Assembly (NCBI GenBank): GCA_965224485.1 | Contig: CBDCZH010000010.1 | Coordinates: 192,001-256,000, forward strand | DNA length: 64,000 nucleotides | From: Arcobacteraceae bacterium | Lineage (GTDB): Bacteria; Campylobacterota; Campylobacteria; Campylobacterales; Arcobacteraceae | Direction: 5' to 3' | Shown: positions 42,915 through 51,907 of the stretch, in pieces | Position numbering within the stretch: position 1 is the stretch's first letter | Layout: each line of letters starts with the position of its first letter | Program-made: the position numbers and the translations under genes | Notes under the pieces: generated by a model | Told to the model about the DNA's origin: nothing | The model's input: only the letters and a program-made list of their open reading frames with translations | Databases searched by the model: none

Positions 42915-43691
42915 TTATATAAGTTCTTTCATATCTTTAATAGCTTGCGCTAAACCAGTAAAAACACAACGAGCTATAATACTTTGTCCTATATTTAACT
43001 CTTCTATATGTTTAATATTTGTGATTAAAGAAACGTTTTGATAATTTAAACCATGACCGGCCGCTACTTTTAAATCAAGATTATGTGCTTGTAAAGAGGC
43101 TTTCTTTAGCTTTTTTCTTGCTTGTTTTAATAGTGTGCTAAGCTCGTCTTTACTTAAATCTAAGTCTTTTATACAATGATGTGAGTTTTTTAAATTACCA
43201 TGTAACATGGCATAAACATTTGCAAATAAACCAGTATGAAGCTCAATCCATTCTACTTGTAATTGCTGTGATAATTCAATCATTTCTTCATTTGGATCTA
43301 TAAATAAAGATACTTCTATTTCTTGTTCTTGTAATTTTAAAACTACATTTTTTATTTTCTCAAAGTTTGATTTTAAATCTAAACCACCTTCTGTTGTAAC
43401 TTCTGCTCTGTTTTCTGGAACTAAAGTTACTCTAGAAGGTTTTAACTTACAGGCAATTTTAATAATGTCTTCATTTATTGAACATTCTAAATTAATAGGC
43501 AGAGTTGAAAGTTTAATAATAGCTTTAACATCATCATCATGAATATGACGTCTGTCTTCTCTTAAATGAATAGTAATTTGATCAGCACCACTTAATTTAC
43601 AAATTCCAAGAGCATCTAGGGGTGATGGGTCATTAATCGCTCTAGCCTCTCTTAAAACTGCAATATGGTCGATATTTACACCAAGTTTCAT
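42915..43691 (-). CDS. pdxJ: Pyridoxine 5'-phosphate synthase
   Basis: LGVNIDH, HLREDRRHI, TTEGGLD and AGHGL motifs. Confidence 0.97.
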   Translation of the reverse strand: MKLGVNIDHIAVLREARAINDPSPLDALGICKLSGADQITIHLREDRRHIHDDDVKAIIKLSTLPINLECSINEDIIKIACKLKPSRVTLVPENRAEVTTEGGLDLKSNFEKIKNVVLKLQEQEIEVSLFIDPNEEMIELSQQLQVEWIELHTGLFANVYAMLHGNLKNSHHCIKDLDLSKDELSTLLKQARKKLKKASLQAHNLDLKVAAGHGLNYQNVSLITNIKHIEELNIGQSIIARCVFTGLAQAIKDMKELI

Positions 43692-43728
43692 TTTTTTCCT
43701 TTTATTTAAATTCTTATACTTATAAATC

Positions 43729-45138
43729 TTACGATAAATCTTTAAGTGTAGAAATATTTGCAGCTAATTTGTTATTAACTTCTTCATACTCAAGTTGGGC
43801 TACTGAATCAGCTACTATTCCAGCTCCTGCTTGAAAAATAACTTTATCTTTTGTTAAAAGTGTTGTTCTAATTGTAATCGCAGAGTCCATATTTCCATCA
43901 AAACCAAAATAAGCAATACTTCCAGCATAAAAATTTCTTTTTACACCTTCAAATTGTGCAATAAGTTCCATTGCTCTTATTTTAGGAGCCCCCGTCATGG
44001 TTCCAGCTGTAAAGGTTGCACAAAAAAGATCAAACATATCATATTTAGGATCAATTATTGCTTCTACATCTGAGACTATATGCATAACATGAGAGTATTT
44101 TTCAATTCTCATTAAATCACTAACTTTAACTGTTCCTGTTTTGGCACAACGTCCTACATCATTTCTACCTAAATCAACAAGCATAATATGCTCAGCTCGC
44201 TCTTTATCATCAGCTAAAAGTTCTTTTTCCATTTCTAAGTCATGATCTATGGTTTTCCCTCTTTTTCTTGTACCTGCTATTGGACGTAAAAGAATATGAC
44301 CATCAACTAATCTAATCATAACCTCAGGAGAACTTCCTGCTATTGTAAAGTTCTCAAACTCTAAAAAGAACAGATATGGACTTGGATTCTTACTTCTTAG
44401 AGCTCTATAAAAACTAAGATGGTCAACTTGTGCTTTTTGTATAAAACGATTAGACATTAGAATTTGGAAAACATCACCTGATTTTATCATCTCTTTTGAT
44501 TTTGCAACCATTTCAAAAAACTTTTCTTTTGAGAAGTTAAATTTACCTTCTTCTTGTATAATTGCTTTTTTTAAAGGAGTAAAAGTATAAGGTTTAAACA
44601 ACTCTTTTTCTATATCATCTAAAAGAGGTAGTGAAGATAAAAGAGAGCTTACCATTACAAGTTTAGATGTTTTATGAGAAAAACCTAAGATTATTTTTGG
44701 TCTAATTAAGTCTAAGTCTGGAATATGTAAATCATCTTTTAAATCATCCATAAAAGGTTTTAGTTTTGGCTCAAATTCTTTACCTATATCATAAGAAACA
44801 TTTCCAATGAAACCATCAATAAGTCCAATACCAAGTTCAAGTGATTTTTCTTTGTAAAATTTTTGATCAAAATTCTTATAATATTTTTGTAAATATTTTA
44901 AAGGATTTGAATCAACTTCTTTGATTTCACCTTCTTCATTTTCAAAGAAAGTTTTAGAATTTTCATTCCAAATTCTTTCTCTTTTCCCTATTATTATATA
45001 AGAATAGTTACCATCAGTTGAGTTAATAGTACTTTCAAATAAAAACGTAATTTCATTTTTAAAAATGTTTTTAACTTTTTCATAAATTGAAACAGGTGTA
45101 AACTGGTCTAAAAATAACTCTTTTGTATAAAATTCCAT
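43729..45138 (-). CDS. trpE: Anthranilate synthase component I family protein
   Basis: NPSPY, GSSPE, PIAGTR, EHIMLVDLGRND and GAPKIRAM motifs. Confidence 0.9.
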   Translation of the reverse strand: MEFYTKELFLDQFTPVSIYEKVKNIFKNEITFLFESTINSTDGNYSYIIIGKRERIWNENSKTFFENEEGEIKEVDSNPLKYLQKYYKNFDQKFYKEKSLELGIGLIDGFIGNVSYDIGKEFEPKLKPFMDDLKDDLHIPDLDLIRPKIILGFSHKTSKLVMVSSLLSSLPLLDDIEKELFKPYTFTPLKKAIIQEEGKFNFSKEKFFEMVAKSKEMIKSGDVFQILMSNRFIQKAQVDHLSFYRALRSKNPSPYLFFLEFENFTIAGSSPEVMIRLVDGHILLRPIAGTRKRGKTIDHDLEMEKELLADDKERAEHIMLVDLGRNDVGRCAKTGTVKVSDLMRIEKYSHVMHIVSDVEAIIDPKYDMFDLFCATFTAGTMTGAPKIRAMELIAQFEGVKRNFYAGSIAYFGFDGNMDSAITIRTTLLTKDKVIFQAGAGIVADSVAQLEYEEVNNKLAANISTLKDLS

Positions 45139-45146
45139 TTTTACTC

Positions 45147-46110
45147 TTATAAACTTAAAAGATAAGAACTCTTAATTTTAAGTTTTCGTCTTATATTGGG
45201 AGTATCTTTTTTTGCTTGTGCTCTGTTTGTATAAGGACCCCACAAGCACTTTAGTATAAGCAGTTCCTTTTACTATTGCTTTGTGTAAAACATATTTGAT
45301 TTTATTATCGTCAAGATTTTTAATATATTTTTTGTCAATTGTTTTTGAAAATGACCCAATTTGTATATAAATACCTTTTGTTTTTGTACTTATTTTTTTA
45401 CTTGTTTCTTTTTTTACTTTTACATTTGCAAAAAGAGATTTTTTATCTTTTATAATTTTTTTTACTTCTTTTTTAACAACTTTTGTAATACTCTTAGGTT
45501 TTCTTAAAATTTGTTTGATTTCTTGAGCTTTTGCTGTCTCTTCCATTCCAAAAATATCTTTTTCCAAAGCTTTTTTAATTTTAGAAGTTCTTTTCTCTTT
45601 TATTTTAGGAAGTTTTTGTTCTTCTTTTTCTATTGCTTTTATATCTAAAGCTTCTTTAGAACTTTTTTCTTCTATTTCAGTTTGTCTATTTTTTTCTTTT
45701 ATTGTATTTAATTTTTGATTTATTATTTTTTGATATTGTTGTTCAATATTATCATTATCTAGTACTTTGTCTTGCGAAATATTATCTTGTGAAATATTTG
45801 TAGAATCATCTTTTTGCTCATCATTATTTAAAAAACGAATTGCTAATAATGAGATTAAAAATAGTACAACTAATAAAAGTCCTAAAACCATATATTTTTT
45901 TTTGTTATTTTGTTTATTTTGATTTGGAGCTTGAAGCATGATATCATCAAGTTCTGATTCTGTTTGAATTATTTGTTCTTCATAAGGAGATGGTTCTTCT
46001 TGCGTTGGGATGTTATCTAATTGATCTAACTCTTCTAAGCGTTTTTGAATATCATCTTTTTCCTGTCTTAGTTTAACAGTTTTTATAAATTCATCACCTT
46101 TTATTTCCAT
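45147..46110 (-). CDS. SPOR-domain membrane-anchored protein (apparent +1 frameshift near 45240)
   Basis: ATG 46110 after AAGGA, one TM helix, YIQIGSFS...TKVLVG; removing one G restores VGPYTNRAQAKK...SYLLSL* ending at 45147. Confidence 0.82.
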
Positions 46111-46138
46111 AATTAATCCTTTTAGAAGTCTCTTTTTA

Positions 46139-46164
46139 AAGGACAAATATAAATATTTGTCCTT
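46139..46164 (-). terminator. Hairpin downstream of glyA
   Basis: 12-bp inverted repeat AAGGACAAATAT-AA-ATATTTGTCCTT. Confidence 0.6.
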
Positions 46165-46187
46165 ATTTGTACGTAATTTGTACTTAT

Positions 46188-47454
46188 TTAATAAGTACTG
46201 CTATTATAAATAATAAAGTCTTGAGCTAAAGTTTTTAACTCTTCTTTAATACTTGCTTGTAATTTTGTATTTTCAATATCATCTAAAACATCACATATTT
46301 TATTTGCAATAATTTCAAATTCTTTTTCTTTCATACCACGTGCTGTTAAAGCTGGACTTCCAACTCTAATACCTGAAGTTACAAAAGGAGATCTAGTTTC
46401 ACCTGGAACTGTATTCATATTAACAGTAATTCCAGCATTTCCTAAAGCAGCATCAGCTTGCTTTCCTGAAAAATCTTTATTTAAAAAACTTACTAAGATT
46501 AAGTGATTATCAGTTCCACCACTTACAATATCATAACCTCTTTTAATAATTACATCAGCTAAAACTTTTGTATTGTTTATAACTTGCTGTGCATATATTT
46601 TCCAAGAAGGGTCTAAAACTTCTTTAAAAGCAACTGCTTTAGCAGCAATTACATGAACTAATGGTCCACCTTGAAGTCCTGGAAAAATTGCTGAGTTAAT
46701 TTTTTTAGCAATATCTTCTTCATTTGTCATAATCATTCCACCTCTTGGACCTCTTAAAGTCTTATGAGTTGTAGTTGTTACTACATGAGCATGAGGGAAA
46801 GGAGATACATGAAGGTCAGCAGCTACTAAACCAGCAATATGTGCAATATCAGCAAATAAAATAGCGCCAACTGCATCTGCAATCTCTCTAAACTCTTTTA
46901 AAGTCAATCTCTCTTGCATATGCAGAAGCACCACATACTATAATTTTTGGTCATAGTAATCTTTAGCTATATCCATAACTCTATCATAGTTTATTCTACC
47001 GTCCAGTCTCTACACCATAATAAAATGCACTATAGTTTTTACCAGAAAATGATGGTTTAGATCCATGTGTTAAATGTCCACCATGAGATAGATCCATACC
47101 TAATATTTTGTCACCAGCTTTAATAAGTCCAGCATATACAGCACCATTTGCTTGGCTTCCTGAGTGTGGTTGTACATTAGCATATGTACATTTGAAAATT
47201 TCACAAGCTCTGTCAATTGCAAGTTGCTCAGCTTTATCAGCAAATTCACAACCTCCATAATATCTTTTAGAGGGATAACCTTCTGCATATTTATTTGTAA
47301 AAACTGATCCCATTGTTTGCATTACCGCTGGCGATGTAAAGTTTTCACTTGCAATCATCTCTAAGTGATTACTTTGTCTTTGTACTTCATCTTGTAAAAT
47401 ATCAAATATTTCTTTATCTGCTTCTTCTAGATTTTTGCTTGTAATAAAACTCAT
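46188..47454 (-). CDS. glyA: Serine hydroxymethyltransferase (split by frameshifts at ~46900-47005)
   Basis: IASENF, YAEGYP and GGHLTHG in the 5' piece; [14 protein letters not shown] in the 3' piece. Confidence 0.93.
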
Positions 47455-47540
47455 TTAATCTCCTTTGTTTTTTAGTAGTATTGTCTTGTGCTTATAGTTT
47501 AATATGAAAAAAGGGAATAAAAGTATCACTTAACTTTATT

Positions 47541-49053
47541 CTAATCTTCGTGTAAATCTATTTCTTGTTTTATTGGTTTCATAGCTGGGAATAATAAAAC
47601 ATCTCTAATTGAGTGTTGATTCGTTAACATCATAACTAATCTATCAATTCCAATACCTTGACCAGCTGTTGGAGCCATTCCATAAGATAAAGCATTTACA
47701 AAATCTTCATCCATTTCATGAGCTTCATCATCTCCACCAGCATCTTTTGCTGCCATTTGACCTTCAAATCTTTTTAATTGATCAATAGGATCATTTAACT
47801 CAGAGAAAGCATTTGCGATTTCTCTTCCTGCAATAAATAACTCAAATCTTTCAGTTAAATGTGTTTTCTCATCATTTCTTCTAGCTAAGGGAGAAATTTC
47901 TACAGGATATTCTGTAATAAAAGTAGGGTTTATTAGTTTTTCTTCAACATACTCATCAAATAACTCACCTTGAAGTTGACCTAAATTCATATTTTCATTA
48001 ACAGTAATATTATTTTGTTTTAAATACGCAATTATTTTTTCTTTATCTTCAACAATATCAGCAGGAACATTCCCTATCTCAATTAAAGAAGTGATTAAAG
48101 GAATTTCTGAAAACTTCTCAAAATCAATCTCTTGCTCTCCATAAGGTAGGATGTTGGTAATTCTAAGTGTTCAAATAAATACTCAAAATATTCTTTTGTT
48201 AAAACAATTAAATCTTTATATGTTTTATAAGCCCAATAAAACTCAATAGATGTGAACTCTGGATTATGTGTTGCATCCATTCCTTCATTTCTAAAACATC
48301 TATTTATTTCAAATACAGCTTCAAAACCACCTACTATTAATCTTTTTAAATATAACTCAGGTGCGATTCTTAAATATCTATCAATTCCTAAAGCATTGTG
48401 ATGAGTAACAAAAGGTTTAGCATTAGCTCCACCTGGTATTGGATGCATCATTGGAGTTTCAACTTCTAAGAAACCCTTATCTTCAAAGAATCTTCTAGTT
48501 AGTGAAATAACTTTAGATCTTACATGAAAAGTTTTACGAACTTGTGAGTTCATAATTAAATCTAGGTATCTTTGTCTATATCTTAGTTCTTTATCTGCTA
48601 AACCATGATATTTTTCAGGTAAAGGAGAAATTGCTTTTGTTAAAACTTTTAAATTATTTACATGTAGTGTTAGTTCACCTTTTTGTGTAATAAATGGGTA
48701 ACCAGTAACTTCAATAATATCACCAACTTCAACAGTTTTTTTGAAAATTGTATTATAAAAATCTTCTGGTAAATTATCTCTTGCTACGTAAATTTGTAAT
48801 AAAACCTGATTCATCTTCTATTTTTAAAAAACTTGCTTTTCCCATAAGTCTGAAGAATTTAATTCTTCCTGCAAGAATATAATGTCTTTTTCATCTCTTT
48901 TATCTTTTCACTTGCAAAAAGGTCACTATTAACATTCATAAATTTTGAAACACTAGTATTTCTTTCACATTTATTAGAGTAAGGGTTAAGTCCTAATTCT
49001 CTTAATTTATCTGCTTTTTGTATTCTTTGTTGTATATATTTATTTTCAAACAA
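47541..49053 (-). CDS. lysS: Lysine--tRNA ligase (split by several frameshifts)
   Basis: [32 protein letters not shown] and GIGIDRL distributed over three ORF pieces. Confidence 0.93.
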
Positions 49054-49065
49054 TATATTCTTCCT

Positions 49066-49805
49066 TTATTTGTTTTCTGTAGGAGTAAGTTTTTCAACAA
49101 TTACTTCTGCTACTGTTTCTTCTATAAGTTCAGAAGCTTTTTGCTTTATTACACTAGCTGTATCTTGTGCTTCTTGATTTAGTTTTTGAAGTCCATTATT
49201 TAACTCTTCTTTAAGAGTTTCCTTTTGTGATTCTTCTTTATTAATTGTTTTTTTAATTTCTTGTGTTTCTAAAGTTTCGTCTGCATTAGTATCAGAGCTT
49301 AAGAACTTAGAAGTATCAAGTTTAAATATAATAGAACCAGTTTCTACTAAAATAGGAAAAGTCATAGAGTTTTTAATCATATCTTTTTTATTTAAGATAT
49401 TTTTAAAAGCATTTACTTGAACAGCTAAGTATGCAACAACTGAGAAAATAAAGAATATTTTAGCCCCACCGAAGATAAAACCAACAGCTCTATCAATTAT
49501 TCCTAAACCACTCATAGCTGTTACTTTAGATACGATTAGTCCTAAAACATAAATAATTATCCAAAATCCAACTAAGGCAATTATGAAAACCAAATAGTAA
49601 TTTTGCTGAATTCACTTTGAATTGCAAGAAATGGTGCAATTTGATTTCCAACAAGTTCAGCAAAACGTTGAAGCTACAAAAAGACCTCCAATGATACCAA
49701 TTAATCCAAAAGCTTCTTTGATGAAACCTTTAAGTAAACCTTTCAATCCTAAAAGTACAGTAATTGAAAAATAATAATAATATCAAAAGTATTAAACTCT
49801 TGCAT
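49066..49805 (-). CDS. cvpA: CvpA family (colicin V production) membrane protein (frameshifts at ~49590-49780)
   Basis: Start MQEFNTFDII at 49805 after AAGGA; GLGIIDRAVGFIFG motif; conserved position upstream of lysS. Confidence 0.85.
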
Positions 49806-49929
49806 GTGCGTCCTTTTTGTAATAATTCGCAATTATATCAAAAATAATCAAAATAAAAGTTTAATAGGATATATAATCTTAATAAATTTTTTCATGTATT
49901 TTTAATATTTTTTTACATATAATCCAAGA

Positions 49930-51012
49930 ATGACAGAAAGTATGATAAAAAGATACCCTACAAAAAAGATTTATGTTGGTGATGTTGCTATTGGTGGAGA
50001 TGCACCTATTAGTGTTCAATCTATGACATTTACTAAAACCTCTGATGTTCAAGGAACACTAGAGCAAATAAAAGCCTTACACTTTGCAGGTGCTGATATA
50101 GTAAGACTTGCCGTTCCAGATATGGCTGCTGCTTTAGCACTTGAAGAGATAAAAAAACACAGCTCACTTCCTATTGTTGCTGATATTCACTTTAATTATA
50201 AATTAGCTCTAATAGCTGCAAGAAGTGTGGATTGTATTCGTATAAATCCAGGTAATATTGGAAGTAAACAAAGAGTTGAACAAGTTGTTCGTGCTTGTGC
50301 TGAGCGTAAGCTACCTATAAGAATTGGTGTTAATTCAGGCTCATTGGAAAAACAATTTGAAGATAAATATGGTCAAACCCCTGAAGGTATGGTTGCTAGT
50401 GCTGATTATAATATTAAATTTTTGGAAGATTTAGGTTTTACTGATATTAAAATATCCCTAAAAGCTAGTGATGTTCAAAGAACAGTAAGGGCATATCGAG
50501 ATTTAAGACCTATGAATAATTATCCCTTTCACTTAGGAGTTACTGAAGCTGGTACGCTCTTTCATAGTACTATTAAATCTTCTATTGCTTTAGGAACTCT
50601 ATTATTAGAAGGTATTGGAGATACTATGCGTATTTCTATAACTGGTGAGTTGGAAAAAGAGATAGAAGTTGGTCGTGCTATTTTAAAAGATGCAGGTTTA
50701 ACAAAAGAAGGCGTAAATATTATTTCATGTCCTACATGTGGACGAATTGAAGCAGATTTAGTAAGCGCAGTAGCCGAAGTTGAAAAAAGAACAAAACATA
50801 TAAAAGCTCCTTTAAACCTTTCAGTTATGGGTTGTGTTGTAAATGCTTTAGGTGAAGCTAAAAGTGCTGATATCGCAATAGCTTATGGAAAAGGTTCTGG
50901 TTTAATTATCAAAAAAGGTGAAACAATAGCAAAACTTCCAACAGATGAACTCTTAGAAAGATTTATGCAAGAAGTTGAAAAAGAAGCCCAAATAATAGAA
51001 AATCAAAAATAG
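49930..51012 (+). CDS. ispG: (E)-4-hydroxy-3-methylbut-2-enyl-diphosphate synthase
   Basis: [27 protein letters not shown] and MGCVVN motifs. Confidence 0.97.
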   Translation: MTESMIKRYPTKKIYVGDVAIGGDAPISVQSMTFTKTSDVQGTLEQIKALHFAGADIVRLAVPDMAAALALEEIKKHSSLPIVADIHFNYKLALIAARSVDCIRINPGNIGSKQRVEQVVRACAERKLPIRIGVNSGSLEKQFEDKYGQTPEGMVASADYNIKFLEDLGFTDIKISLKASDVQRTVRAYRDLRPMNNYPFHLGVTEAGTLFHSTIKSSIALGTLLLEGIGDTMRISITGELEKEIEVGRAILKDAGLTKEGVNIISCPTCGRIEADLVSAVAEVEKRTKHIKAPLNLSVMGCVVNALGEAKSADIAIAYGKGSGLIIKKGETIAKLPTDELLERFMQEVEKEAQIIENQK

Positions 51013-51173
51013 TATCATATTTAAAAGATATTAATCAATATTTAGATAAATTAAAGCAAGTAAAAAAGATTATTGATACATTTATTAATTCTCTTAGGCA
51101 TAGAATTTAGTAATAGTGAAAAGTAAAATTATATCCTCTATTATTTCAATTGGCTAAATAAAAAGGAAGAATC

Positions 51174-51485
51174 TTGAGCAAACTTGAAATTACAAATAAA
51201 ATTAAAATTTTAAAAAATACTTTAAAGCACGATGGCTTTATAATAGATGGTTTATTCGGCTCTTATGCAAGAAATGACTTCACGCAAAAAAGTGATGTCG
51301 ATATTTTATATCATTTAGATAAAGTATTTTATGAGAAATATTCTGGTTTTAAAGGTTTTAAAAAACTTAGTGAAATTAAAGATATAATATCCAAGTCACT
51401 AAAAAAGAAAATTGATTTAGCCCCTGTAAACAATTTGTCAAAAACAGCTAAAAAGTATATATTAAAAGATGTATTGTATGTCTGA
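51174..51485 (+). CDS. Minimal nucleotidyltransferase (MntA-like antitoxin)
   Basis: GS-X10-DXD motif (FGSYARNDFTQKSDVD), KIDL; TTG start after AAGGA. Confidence 0.9.
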   Translation: MSKLEITNKIKILKNTLKHDGFIIDGLFGSYARNDFTQKSDVDILYHLDKVFYEKYSGFKGFKKLSEIKDIISKSLKKKIDLAPVNNLSKTAKKYILKDVLYV

Positions 51486-51819
51486 AACATCTATTGATGC
51501 TAAAATAGAATTTATATTAGAAATGATTAACAATATTGAAGAAATTACTAAAAGACATAACGGAATAGTTGATACTCTTAATGATTTTGAGGGTCAAATG
51601 GCTATTTTAATGGGCTTGTCACAAATTGGTGAAACACTTAAGAAAATACCAGATGATATAATTAATAAAAATGATTTAAAAGAAGATAAAGAAGGTGCTT
51701 ATTATACACGTAATTATATCGTTCATGATTATGAAGGTGTAGACTTAGGATTTATTGAGAATATTCTTAGAGAGTATTTGCCGTCTTTAAAAAATAAATT
51801 AGAAAATATTATAAAATAA
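51478..51819 (+). CDS. HEPN/DUF86 ribonuclease (HepT-like toxin)
   Basis: R-X4-H-X-Y motif (RNYIVHDY), QIGE; ATG 51478 overlaps the MNT stop. Confidence 0.9.
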   Translation: MSETSIDAKIEFILEMINNIEEITKRHNGIVDTLNDFEGQMAILMGLSQIGETLKKIPDDIINKNDLKEDKEGAYYTRNYIVHDYEGVDLGFIENILREYLPSLKNKLENIIK

Positions 51820-51851
51820 GAAAAAAGGAAGTAATAATAAATGATTAATAA

Positions 51852-51893
51852 CCATCAACTATCAACTATAAAGCATACACTATTAACTAAATA
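51852..51893. repeat. Degenerate 7-bp tandem array upstream of dnaB
   Basis: CCATCAA CTATCAA CTATAAA GCATACA CTATTAA CTAAATA. Confidence 0.7.
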
Positions 51894-51907
51894 TTATTCA
51901 TTAAAAA

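Noticed and set aside
47455..47540. Possible riboswitch upstream of glyA
   Set aside because: The region is only ~85 nt, very AT-rich, and has no recognisable glycine, ZTP or THF aptamer motifs.
46188..49053. glyA and lysS as pseudogenes or programmed frameshift sites
   Set aside because: There are several shifts per gene with no slippery-site pattern and otherwise intact motifs; sequencing error is more parsimonious.
49053..49066. Absence of fur between cvpA and lysS (present there in C. jejuni)
   Set aside because: H. pylori also has cvpA-lysS-glyA without fur, so this is ordinary variation.
51845..51900. Repeat array as CRISPR or replication-origin iterons
   Set aside because: Units are 7 bp with no spacers, there are no cas genes, and no clustered DnaA boxes are visible.
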